Assembly (NCBI GenBank): GCA_951804945.1
Contig: OX638153.1
Location: 71,486,001 to 71,550,000, forward strand
Origin: Podarcis cretensis
Taxonomy: Eukaryota
Reading direction: 5' to 3'
DNA length: 64,000 nt
Shown: positions 13,601 to 52,543 of the stretch, piece by piece
How the letters are laid out: each line of letters begins with the position of its first letter
Numbering within the stretch: the first letter of the stretch is position 1
Position numbers and translations under genes: made by a program
Notes under the pieces: model-generated
Seen by the model: only the letters and a program-made list of their open reading frames with translations
Told to the model about the DNA's origin: nothing
Databases searched by the model: none

Positions 13601-15083
13601 TACCCTAAGGAGCCTCAAAGAGGCTAACAATCTCCTTTCCCTTCCTCCCCCACAACAAACACTCAGTGAGGTGAGTGGGGCTGAGAGACTTCAAAGAAGT
13701 GTGACTAGCCCAAGGTCACCCAGCAGCTGCATGTGGAGGAGCGGAGACGCGAACTTGGTTCCCCAGATTACGGATCTACTGCTCTTAACCATTACACCGA
13801 GATTCCTTGCTTTGCTCTTGCCCTAAGAAATTCAACAGTGTCCACAATATATTTGCATCTGCACCCAAATATGGAGAATTTCAAGAGGCCATTAGTGCAT
13901 AGCTCTAGGGTGAACCACTTGGAGGTTCTGTTTACCATCAAATGGTATATACATTTTGTTTAAATAAGAAGTGGCATATTATTACAAAAGTTGAGTGTCA
14001 CCCCCCACTCTCTACCGAGCCGTAGCAAAATTTCAGGGGGGTTCCAGGTGCTCACCCAGGGTCTGTGCTCCTTTGAAAAATTGAAGATGTGGTGGAGATG
14101 GTCTTAGCTTTAAGAAATATGATTTATTCACCTATTTACACCTTCAGTCTGCATGGAGGGAGTCGAGAGCTTACAGCATGGTCATCTCAAGCAGGGCTTG
14201 TTTCCCAAAGCAGTGCAGCTCTGGAGTCAAAGGCATCACAACCAGTCAGCCTTCAGCCAGCCGTCTCAAGATGGAACTCAGTCTTCTCTTTCCACCCCCC
14301 TCTTCTTCTTCTTCCCAGCACATCTTACTAAAAAGTACTCTTTTCCTGTCACCGCTCACACACACCCCATCACCTTGGCAACCTCTGTCTGCCCAGGCCC
14401 AAGAAGGGCCATTAACACCTTTTGTCATAGTCGGCTACCTACCTGTAACCTTTTGTCATGTTAATGCCTCTATCCCAGGTGAGCCCCTGGCTTGGAAAGG
14501 AACCTTAAAAGGTAAAGGTAAAGGTACCCCTGCCCGTACGGGCCAGTCTTGACAGACTCTGGGGTTGTGCGCCCATCTCACTCAAGAGGCCGGGGGCCAG
14601 CGCTGTCCGGAGACACTTCCGGGTCACGTGGCCAGCGTGACAAAGCTGCATCTGGCGAGCCAGCGCAGCACACGGAAACGCCGTTTACCTTCCCGACAGT
14701 AAGCGGTCCCTATTTATCTACTTGCACCCGAGGGTGCTTTCGAACTGCTAGGTTGGCAGGCGCTGGGACCGAGCAACGGGAGCGCACCCCGCCGCAGGGA
14801 TTCGAACCGCCGACCTTTCGATCGGCAAGCCCTAGGCGCTGAGGCTTTTACCCACAGCGCCACCTGCCTTAGCCTGTATTTATCCACTGGCCTGTAATCT
14901 TCCCTTCAATACTCCAAATAATCAAAATCAAAATTTATAGGATTTAGCTCCTCCTCACCCCGCATACCGATAACAATATTCTTCATTTTACATTCAGCAT
15001 GGACTGCAGATGTGTTGACATGATTTTAACATTTTAGTCTTCTCGCATGTAATTGACAGTAGCTGAAGTCCTCTAAATGGTTC

Positions 15084-15135
<52 letters not shown>

Positions 15136-16094
15136 TTTTGCTTCTCTTAATAAATTCCACTCTGACCTGACAAAGCTGGTTTCAGGCTGCTCAGCAGCAA
15201 TCCAGACTTCAGTGTTAACATATGTTTTTGCCTGAAGATGCCTGTGCTGATCTACGGAGAGGCATAACTTAAATCCTTTGAACTGCATTCATCTACTTTT
15301 GTGATGGTTTTCTCCTTAATCTTTTCATTAATAGAGCTTCCTCCTTGTGCAAAAGTGGATGAAGGAAACATAATCCTCCTTTGAAATTAAGAGATTTAAC
15401 AGATTATGGGCGGGGAAGGGCTTGGCATGAACAGAAACCTGTTGTTTAAACTTGCTTTAGATGCGTTCCTGAAACTATTTGCTTCAGTGAATTTGTCATC
15501 AGTTTTTATTTGGGGGTTATATTGATGGTTACATTGTCCTTTGGCAAGCAAAAAGAATGAAAATATCTATAGGGTTCTCCATGTGTACGGTGTGCACCAG
15601 AGGTGCCAGTATTTGGGCACACTTAGATATTTTTGAGAGAGCACTGTCAGCGTCACTCTGGTCACTTCTGCCCCCTATCCCTGCCCCACACACAGCAGGA
15701 AGAGTGTGTCAGCAAACACACACTTTGCTTTTACAAGGGCTCTGGGTTAAAGTCAGATCTGGTAGACTTGATGTGAGCCTTGAAAAGCACCCAAGAGACA
15801 GAAAACGCAAAAGACTCTGATTCTTTTGACTCTGAAGACCAGTGTGGTGTAGTGGTTAAGAGCGGCAGTCTCGTAATCTGGGGAACCGGGTTCGTGTCTC
15901 CGCTCCTCCACCTGCAGCTGCTGGGTGACCTTGGGCCAGTCACACTTCTTTGAAGTCTCTCAGCCCCACTCACCTCACAGAGTGTTTGTTGTGGGGGAGG
16001 AAGGGAAAGGAGAATGTTAGCCGCTTTGAGACTCCTTAAAGGGAGTGAAAGGCGGGATATCAAATCCAAACTCCTCCTCCTCTTCTTCTTCTTC

Positions 16095-16126
<32 letters not shown>

Positions 16127-17885
16127 CTTCTTCTTCTTCTTCTTCCTCCAGCTTCCTCCTTCCTTCAGCTGCATGCCCTTTTCCAAGGGAGAAAAAGCTA
16201 ACACCTTTGTGCTGGTACTGCAGTAGAAGTTTCAGATATGACCATAAACACAATAGCTTTAAAATAATAATGATAACAACAATGGGAGGACTATGGAGGA
16301 AACAGAGAAATTCATAGAGGCTTGGGAAGAATGTGATCTGGATTCTCTGGAACAAATTGAGAAAGTACTACATAAATACTCAGGATAAAAGACCTCCTTC
16401 TTATTGTTTTAGCCTTTGAGTTTTGCTGCATAGGAATATGGTTGCAGGTGTTACTGTTGATGCTGCAAATACATGAAATGGTAGGAAAATAACTTTAACA
16501 AAGAACTGGTGCAGAATGCACAGAATGTTACCAGGCAAGGAAATCACCTGCAAGGAAAAAAGTTTTCTGGGTTGATATCTCTCCCATTCCCCCCCCCCCC
16601 CGTGTTTGTCAACTTGAACTAAATAAGGTAATTTATTTTTTGTGCTGCCAGGTAGATGCACCTATATGCACACTTTTAAACGGGCATGCAATTGTTCAAG
16701 TCCTTATCCAAATGCATTCTAAAGGAAGTGATTCATCTGTTAATCATTAACCTGGTAATACATAAAGCAAGATGACACAAGTTCCAGGGCCATAGCCTCA
16801 GAGGCCAGGGGTTGCTATGAGGCTTTAGAGCCCTTCCTGAATTTTCAGCATTTTATTATTTCATTTGATTAAAGTTCATCTTTAGCCCCTGTACTTCATT
16901 CTTGAACAACCATGCATGTTTTCCTTTATATGCCCGTAAGTAAACTGTGGCCCCAACTTCCTCTGTCCCACCTAACTGGTTTGCAAAAGGAGACAAGCAT
17001 TTGAAACTTTTTTGGTTATGAAGTTATACGTTGAACTTAAATTAATTTGCTTAATTTGTCTGTATTTAGGCTTCCTGGGTAGCCTTAAGGTCCATTTAAT
17101 TTGTCAGCGGTCTTGCAAAGCTCCAAAATGCATTAACTTCAAAACAATTTGGCTCTGTTGTTCATAGGTTTTCTGCTCAGCATAGTTACATGCTCAATAT
17201 ACGTAATATGCTCAAGCACCACAACTCAGTGATCTTTAGCAATTCATCAGATACCTATTCTTACAGTTACTTTAGGGGAAGGATGGTCTGCTTGAAGGAA
17301 ATGAGAATGCGCTGTATGCCTAACACCTCTGTGTCTTTCTAGGACGTGATTGTTGGCAGCCTGATCTCAGCCATATTAACTGCTCTGGCTTATCCAACTT
17401 GGGACCTCCTTGATCACCTGATGCTGACCAGCCCCTGGTGCCCCATGTTCTGCATCGTTGTCCCCCTCATCTTATGCTACAACTACCCCAAACTGGATTA
17501 CTATAGCCCTACTAGGGCAGACACAACCACTATTCTGGGAGCTGGAGCTGGAGCAATTACAGGGTTCTGGATAAACAACCACTACGTTTCAAATGTTTCG
17601 GCTGAAGAAGCGACACACAGCATCCCTTCGGTCACTGGCGAAATGCTCTTGCTGGTTCTTGCACAGTTTTTGGTGGGAATTGCTGTACTGCTGATTATAC
17701 GGCAGATCATCAAAAGCCTGGCTCTTAAATCACTGTGTTCTTGGTACAAGGTTTCTATTAATGACATTGAAGCTATGCAGCAAATAGAAATTGAAGTGCC
17801 CTATAAATTTATAACCTATTCTACCATCGGCCTGAGTGCTACGGTGCTTGTGCCATTGCTGCATAAATTATTGAGCTTAAACTGA
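10519..17885 (+). CDS. SGPP2: Sphingosine-1-phosphate phosphatase 2, 3' part (exons 10519-10698, 11772-11861, 17343-17885); 5' exons not found, presumably upstream of the window
   Basis: Spliced translation VVMYIGQVSKDLLKWPRP..EYGMPSTHAMA..SRIYTGMHTVL|DV..YYSPTRADTTTILG..EIEVPYKF has the PAP2 motifs and matches vertebrate SGPP2. Junctions are AG/GT, phase 0. Gene lies next to FARSB as in other vertebrates. Confidence 0.95.
11772..11861 (+). CDS. SGPP2: SGPP2 internal exon (90 nt; exon 4)
   Basis: ttacag|TACCCA...GTTTTG|gtaagg; YPLELGLLGAFLFSTLVCLSRIYTGMHTVL (SRxxxxxH motif). Confidence 0.95.
13548..13798 (-). mobile_element. tRNA-derived SINE (Squam-type) with (TTC)n tail
   Basis: Reverse complement of the family at 15834-16147. 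Confidence 0.8.
14508..14867 (-). mobile_element. Sauria SINE
   Basis: Reverse complement of the 6734-7095 family. Confidence 0.9.
15085..15134. repeat. (TTTC)n microsatellite
   Basis: Seen directly. Confidence 0.9.
15834..16147 (+). mobile_element. tRNA-derived SINE (Squam-type) with expanded (TTC)n tail
   Basis: A box TGGTGTAGTGG, B-box-like GGTTCGTGTCT, TTC tail 16072-16147. Confidence 0.8.
17343..17885 (+). CDS. SGPP2: SGPP2 last coding exon
   Basis: ttctag|GACGTG...AACTGA; ORF 17346-17885 matches the SGPP2 C-terminal transmembrane region. Confidence 0.95.
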   Translation, partial: DVIVGSLISAILTALAYPTWDLLDHLMLTSPWCPMFCIVVPLILCYNYPKLDYYSPTRADTTTILGAGAGAITGFWINNHYVSNVSAEEATHSIPSVTGEMLLLVLAQFLVGIAVLLIIRQIIKSLALKSLCSWYKVSINDIEAMQQIEIEVPYKFITYSTIGLSATVLVPLLHKLLSLN

Positions 17886-18287
17886 ACGCTGCACACTTTT
17901 TTTTAAAGAAGCAGTCCAGATTATAGGGTGCAATAAAAATGCACGCAGAAGCAAAAACTTGAGCAGCAAAGTGTCGTGCCTTCCTGCATAGCTCTACAAC
18001 ATAGATAATAGTGGAGATCTAAACTGAGTTTCCAGTAATTTTTGTATGCTGCAATCTTTTAACACGCTGTGGCTGCTTCAGCGACTATGGCTGTCTGAGC
18101 TAAACATTTAGTGCAACTAGAAGCCTGCCATGACAGACAGACAGATCTGTTCCTCCTAGATCTAGTGGTTTGAAGAGTTTCTTCAGGGTTGTCAAACCTC
18201 AAAACAAGCCCTTCAAGGGATGCTGCCAGATCAGGGTGGTTGGAGAAGAGCCTCCTTTTTAAAGAAAATAAAGCAAAACTACAAGTA

Positions 18288-18502
18288 CAGTGGTACCTTG
18301 GGTTACAGACACTTCAGGTTACAGACGCCGCTAACCCAGAAATAGTACCTCGGGTTAAGAACTTTGCTTCAGAATGAGAACAGAAATCGTGCAGCGGCAG
18401 CTGGAGGCCCCATTAGCTAAAGTGGTACCTCAGGTTAAGAACAGTTTCAGGTTAAGAACGGACCTCCAGAATGAATTAAGTTCTTAACCCGAGGTACCAC
18501 TG
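18288..18502. mobile_element. Tigger/mariner-type MITE downstream of the SGPP2 stop codon
   Basis: Same TIRs as 6387-6628, TA TSD. Confidence 0.85.
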
Positions 18503-19853
18503 TAATTATCTTTACAGGCTTAACAGTCTGAGACTTGGGAAGAAGATAAGCACCCTCAGGGAGAAATAAGATGCTGTAAACAGGGAAGCTGGGTTGGCAC
18601 TGAATCTGGCTGCCCATCTAGCAGGATGACAAACACTGAAGTCATATATTGCAAAACAGACTCCCGGTCATACAAATTCACACGTATGGGTATAATTATG
18701 TTGTGTTCTTAACACATCCATGTTATTAAGCTGTGTCATGTCTGAAGCTGTGCTCTGGTATGCTATGGCATTGGCCCAGAATGTTGAAAACACTGTTGCT
18801 GTGACTTGTAGGCCACCAAGAAATGAATTGCAAGGACCAAGTAACTGATGGCAAGTGCAAATGTGATTGCAGATTTATTTTTTTAACTGCAGTAATAACA
18901 AAGTTAGATCTTCATGTCCTCTTTCTTTCCACTAATTGCTCTTGTGGTATTTCCTATTGGCAATGAAGGCTCCAGCAAGAACTGTGATACAACTCCTGCC
19001 CTTTTTGGAGCTTGAGGACAGGATGAAACTAGCATTGGTCTGACTTCGGCGCTGCCATTCCAAGTGTTGGTAAATTGCTATCTGCCTGCTGCTTTGCATA
19101 GATTCCTGCTGTAGGGAAGCCAATTTAGCACACTTATCAGAGCCTTTAAATGAAATGCTGCTTAGACATGCAGATTTGATAATTAACTGGAGTCTAAATG
19201 TTAACCTAATTTTAATATAAACAAAAAAAACCCAAACTAGGAATGGCTTAGGATGGGAGAGGGCTATTCTGCTGATGTCTTACCCATGGGTTTCCTATAA
19301 CGGCATCTGGTTAGCCGCTGTAAAAACAGAATCTTGGAACTAGAAGATCCTTCCATCTGATCCATTAAGACTGTTCATATATCCTTAAGCTTCAGTATTA
19401 CATTAAGGGTATAACTCCTACATATAGTCCTGGAATTTGAACATGTCCTATAAGAAATACAAGGCTCTCATCTTTTCCGCCATGCTCATTCCTTAAATAA
19501 CATGTTCTGTAAAATGTGGGGGTTGTATGAAGGCAAAGACCTGAACCCCACGGGGATTCTAATGACAATACAGAATTTCCCTGGAGCAGAATTTTACAAT
19601 GTAAGTGGGGTTCTCTTCATCATGCTAAAGTAGATGCACTTGCAAGGGAGTTCTGGCATATATGGTACACTTGCTAAACCCCTCAATCTGCATCTAAATT
19701 GGAGGTGAATCTGTTGAGCTGATAGGCAAGAATATGGGTTGTAAGAGAATATAAGGGTCCCTCCCATCTGCCAGCTACTGCATTCTCATCATCTCAGCAA
19801 AATATCAGTGTAACAGCAAGCTTGCACAAAAATGTGTGGTTGTGTCCCTGGAC

Positions 19854-19857
<4 letters not shown>

Positions 19858-19895
<38 letters not shown>
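19858..19895. repeat. (TA)n microsatellite
   Basis: Seen directly. Confidence 0.9.
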
Positions 19896-19898
<3 letters not shown>

Positions 19899-20127
19899 AA
19901 TAAATTTATGTGTCCCCACCTTTGCAATGGCTTCAGATTTAGCTGTAGCTCTAAAACTGCTCTTTTAAATGCATCTATTTTATTCTTTTATGATCACGTA
20001 TGTATGCTGCAATTTATAAACCACAACCTGCACAATTTCTATTTTTGTATTTTACTGTAAGTTGTAAAGTGTATTCTGAAAATTCTGACTTTATTCAAAC
20101 TGAAAATGTTTCCAGAAACTATTTTTT

Positions 20128-20133
20128 ATTAAA
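20128..20133 (+). terminator. Probable distal SGPP2 polyadenylation signal (ATTAAA); a proximal AATAAA lies at 17932-17937
   Basis: ATTAAA preceded by U-rich/TGTA-rich sequence typical of 3'UTR ends; inference only. Confidence 0.4.
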
Positions 20134-20244
20134 GCTTATTTTGTCACATACATTGCAAGTGTATTATATAAAGTAGGAGGCTACTATGAAGCAGGCAGAA
20201 GATTGAAGGGCAACCCACTATTTTCATGCAGCAGATTTTTTTGT

Positions 20245-21628
20245 TCATAGAACAATAGAATTGTAGAGTTGGAAGGGGGTCTTCTATTCCAACTGCCTGC
20301 AATTTAGGAATCCCAACTAAAGCATCCATGGCAGACGGTCATCCAGCCTCTGCTTAAAAACCTTCAAGGAAGTAGAGTCCACCACTTCCAGAGGGAGACC
20401 ATTCCAGTATTAAATTGCTCTTACTGTCAGAAAGATGCTTAGTTGGAAACTTGAATTCACTGGTTCAGGTTCTACCAGCCACAGCAGAAAACAAGCTTGC
20501 TCCATCCTCCATATGACAACCCTTCAGATATCTGAAGATGGTTATTGTATCTCCTCCCAGTCTCCTCTTATCATACCCAATTCCCTCAACCATTCCTCCT
20601 AAGGCTTGGTTTCCAGACCCTTGGTCATCTTTATTGCCCTCCTCTGCACAAGTTCCAGCTTGTCAATATCCTTCTTAAATTGTGGTGCCCATAACTAGAC
20701 ACAGTACTTCAAGTGTGGTCTAAGGCAGAATACAACAGTACTAGGACATCCCTTGATCTGGACACATAACTTATGTTGATGCATCCTAGAATAGCATTAG
20801 CTTTTTTTACAACTTCAATCACACTGTTGTTTCATGTTAAGCTTGTGGTCTACTAGGACCACTACTTGCCTTCTGGCAAGCCAAATGTCCCCCATCTTAT
20901 ATTTTTGGAGCTGGTTATTCCTGCCTAAGTCCTTATTTCATTTTGTTAGCTTTGGGCCAGTTCTGCAATCTGTTAAGGTCATCTTGAATCCTGATTCTGT
21001 CTTCTGCAGCATTAACTACCCCTCCCAGTTCAACGCCTTTATAAATGACTTGGATGAAGGAACTGAGTGTCATCTGCAAATTTGATGAGTATCACTCAGT
21101 TCCTTCATCCAAGTCATTTATAAAGGCGTTGAACAGCAACAGACCCAGGACAGAACAAGGAAACATTAGGGGGTACTCTTCGGGTTCCGTCAGCCAACCA
21201 GCTACAAATCCAAGTAACTGTCCAGCCCACAATTACCAGTTTCTTTGCAAAGGTATCATAGGGGACTTTGTCAAAGAATCACTGAAATCAAGATACACTA
21301 CATCCACAGCACCCCCTGATCCACCAAGTTTATAACTTTCAAAAAGAGAGATTTGTCTGGCATTACTTGTTTTTGAGAAACCCATGTGCAGCATCCTTTT
21401 TAAATTGCTCACATTACTTCTTCCCAAGGTTCCCAGTACTTCCATTTTGTCGCAGTTCCTCCCTGTTGGTGAGGACCAGGGCCAAGATAGATGAGCCCCT
21501 TGTTGCTGCTTCTACCTTCTGGGAAAGGAATTTGTCAGTGAGGCAACTGCAGAATTTGCTGGCCCTTACATTCTCGGCAGAGTTTGAATTCCAACAAACA
21601 CTTGGGTAGTTGAAATCTCCCATTACTG
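20245..21628 (-). mobile_element. Decayed CR1 LINE (3' end, RT and endonuclease remnants); continues at 24072-24290
   Basis: VMGDFNYPSVCW..KF..L.D.FL.Q.V...TRG..IL.LVLTNREEL and VDVVYLDFS remnants; CR1 3' tail near 20250. Confidence 0.85.
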
Positions 21629-24071
21629 GACTTCCGGGTTGGCGCCTCCGGTAATGGCGGAATTCCTCTGATCGGGAGGAATTTGCCCCGTGGGAATCTG
21701 GGTCTGGCCGCCATGGCGAAGGCGGAGACCCGTAAAAAATCGCAGGCAGGAGAAGCCTGTGAACATGGGATTTGGCAGGCACCTTTTGCGCCTCCCCTAC
21801 TCGCGGGGAAACCCAGTTTCGGGGGTCCAGAGCGACGTGGGGTGAGCGGCGCGGTGCTTTGAATTGCCTGCTTCTTCCACGGAGCGAAGCCGCATAGCTG
21901 TTGCTGGAGAGCGCTGACTTTTTCCTGTGGACAATTTGATTCTAAAGTAACTACCCGTGAGTAGAGCTGAAGCAGAAGAATTGGATTTCTAAACGTTTAA
22001 TTTGGTATCGTAACGGGGAGGTTCAATAAAGGAAGTCCGCCTTCCCCTTTTGTAAATAGACTGAAGCAATGAGGCTGCAAGCTGAAGTCTTGGAAAGCCT
22101 ATTGTAAAGGACTAAATTTCCATTGGTAAAGAATATTAACCCCCCCCCTTGGAGGCAGGAGAAGAGGGGGGGGGAGTTGTGAACTGAATAAGCCTGCGGG
22201 AGAGAGCGAAGAGAGTTAAAATACCGCCGCTCAGACCCTGGAAACGGGCTGCTAGCAGGAATGACGTTTTTTGGAACGTTCACTGACAGCGATTGTCCGT
22301 TGACAGCTAGCTAATAAGAGAAATACATTGTTTCCACTGTCTCCGTCTGCTTTTAAAAAGGAGTAAAAGTAATTGAAAATTGAAACTTCATTGCTTGAGC
22401 TGTGTTTAAAAAAAGGACATTATGGACTAACTTAAATAGAAACTGTTTCCCTCTAGAGGAAGCCTTTGAAACTGTTACAAGAGCTGGGCTGAGGGAATTT
22501 CCAGCTGCAAGATAAAAAACTGTGAGACTTTGGGACTGACCTTGAATCGGTTAAGTGTTATGGTTAATGGAAAGGAAAAAACTGACCAGTCAATTCTTGA
22601 AAAAACATTAAGGTTTGGGAGGACTTGGCAGCAATCTAGGAGAGCCTCAACATCAGGCCCCCCTGCTTCTTCTACTACTGCTTTTGTACCAGCATATTCA
22701 AAATCAAGAGGAATGTTGATAGAAGAGGCCTTAGCGGTTGCATTAAATAAGATAAATGATTCACTGGAACAGCTTAACAAGAAAGTAGACGTGACAAATG
22801 CGAAAGTGGAAGCTGCAACTATTAAAATCAATTTAAATACAGAAAGTATAAATAATTTGGGACAAAAGGTGAATATCAATACAGAAACCATCCAGAAATT
22901 GATACAGGAATCTACTTTGACATGGCAGACTGCAGAGGAAGCTAGGGAGAAAGCTGTTGCTGCTGAACGTAATGTAACACAATTGGAGAGAGAGAGAGTC
23001 CCAGCCTTACAGAGGCAACTGGATGACCATAAGTCGATGCTTGCTATGATTGAGCTCAAAGAAAAACAAACGAATTTGAGGATCAGAGCCCTGCCTGAAT
23101 TGGAGAAGGAAAGTATGATAGATTTCCTCACACAGGAATTTGCTGATTTTTGGGACTTGGACTTGGGTCAAGAAGAGATTAAAACTGTGAGGGCCTTCAG
23201 ACTTGGAAGAGGAGGGAAAAAAGAGAAGAACAGAATAAGAGACTGTTGGCACTACCTGAAGAACCTAGAAGTACAACAGCCAAGAGTGGAAATTTTTAAA
23301 GACGCCCCGAAATACCTTTTGGATCTTAGGTTCAACTACAGAGATTTGGCTGCCTTGCTGAGAAGGAATAAAATCATCTTCAGGTGGGAGTTTCCCCAAG
23401 GTCTACTCTTCAGCTTCAAAGGAAGGAAAATAAAAATAAGATCAGTAGACGACAAAGTAAAGTTTTTGTATAAATACAAAGAAGATCTGCAGAAGGGACT
23501 TGGAAAAGAGCTAAGAGCATCGGACAGAAGATCACCAGGTTGATGGACTATATGAAACTGGCGGAAATGACTGGCAGAATCCGAGACCAGGGAGAAGAGT
23601 CGGTGGAAGAAGACTGGAAAAAGTTTAAAGACTATTTATAGAAATATTGTAAAATTAATGAATGTTAGAGAAATGTTGGAATGAAGTTATATGGCTTTAG
23701 TAGAAATGTTACAAGGAATTAAGTATAAATAGATTATTAGAGTATTAGGGAAAAATAAGGTTAGAATATGTTAAGATAATTATAGGATAGAAAACAGAGG
23801 AAGATGGAAAGGAATTGCTGAAACAATCAACAGAAGTGGAATACAAAAAGGGAGGTGTGAGGAGGTCGTTGAAACAAGTAAATGAAAGATATGACAAAGA
23901 AATTGTATGATGTGTGTTAAAGTGTTTTTGTTTTGTTTAGTTTAGTTTATGGTGTTAGTGCTGTGTAATGTTTTTATATTGTATTGTGTTGTGTGTTTTT
24001 TCTTGTCTTTTTTCTTTTTTCTTTCTTTTTTTGTAGTGTTTAAAAGTAATAAACATTGGTGTTTTTTTTAA
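21629..24071 (+). mobile_element. Internally deleted L1-clade element (5'UTR, ORF1 22530-23543, ORF2 C-terminal remnant, 3'UTR)
   Basis: CpG-rich 5' end GACTTCCGG..ATGGCGG; L1 ORF1-like protein (coiled coil, NLRIRALPE, FRWEFP); AATAAA 24048; 17-bp TSD GAAATCTCCCATTACTG. Confidence 0.88.
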
Positions 24072-24290
24072 GAAATCTCCCATTACTGCCTTCTCTCTCT
24101 TTTTTGAATGTTTGGTAATCTGCCGTAGGAAGGCATCATCCAAGTCATCAGTCTGGCTTGGAGGTCTATAGTATACATATTGTTTACATATAATGCTACT
24201 TCTCCTCCCCTCCTGTTTGGTCTCCTCCTTTTCAACATGGCAACCCAAAGAGTTCCTTTAGATAGATGTGATAGCTTCCAAAAATGCACT
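24072..24290 (-). mobile_element. CR1 endonuclease remnant (continuation of the interrupted CR1)
   Basis: RRGGEVALYV..VYYRPPSQTDDLDDAFLRQI..VMGDF. Confidence 0.85.
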
Positions 24291-24474
24291 GGGGCTTTCT
24301 CATTTCATATTCCAGTGGCAGTTTCTCTGCCAGCACATGAGAAGTCAGGAGGGTGATAAGATGGTGTTCTACAGGTCTAGTTTGAGCAATCTCAGCCCTA
24401 TGACAGAAGCAGTGCTCACCACACCAGTCTTTCTCAAGGGAACTTAGGTGTATATAAATACAGAACCTTCAAGT

Positions 24475-24480
24475 TTTATT
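24475..24480 (-). terminator. Probable FARSB polyadenylation signal
   Basis: AATAAA on the minus strand about 600 nt after the FARSB stop codon. Confidence 0.5.
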
Positions 24481-25074
24481 TTGATCCCTTCTTTACAATA
24501 AAACAGGTTAACATACAACAGTATCTATTATAGAAATCTTGCTTTAAAACTGCTGTACTTTACAAGAAATGCACATTTCTCAACCCTGAAGAGTTCATAT
24601 CAACCCTATACAAAGAAAGCTTAATTCCTCAGTTCTGTTCACATTTGTTCAACATTTGCTATAATCAATTATGTTATTTCATGCAATAAAAGAATGTGAT
24701 TCCTGTTATGCAGCTATAATCTGTTACAGTTTGAGATTCAGCCTCTGGAACATTCTGGAGAACAGATCATGTTCTTTGCCCATATATATTCATGGTAATA
24801 TATTGAACTTTTTTATTTTTTACATCTGACTGATGGCTCAATCTGTTAAAAAAAGCCCTAAAAAAACCCTGAAGGCAGTATTATTGCACTGAAGGAACAT
24901 TTAGCAAAGAGCAAAATAAGACTTGTCTATTTCATTGCCTAATTTATTAAAATTAGGGACGGTCCCGATGGTAGAAACAGACCCTCTTGGAAACAGAACT
25001 ATGTGGACTTTTGGGGGGGACGGGGGGAGGAAACAGAACTATGTGGACTGAAGAAGCATGCTGTTGTCAGGATT

Positions 25075-52543
<27,469 letters not shown>

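Noticed and set aside
16014-16355. ORFs with poly-F, poly-S and poly-E runs
   Set aside because: They are translations of a SINE (TTC)n tail.
22475-23131. 218-aa minus-strand ORF
   Set aside because: Antisense shadow of the L1 ORF1.
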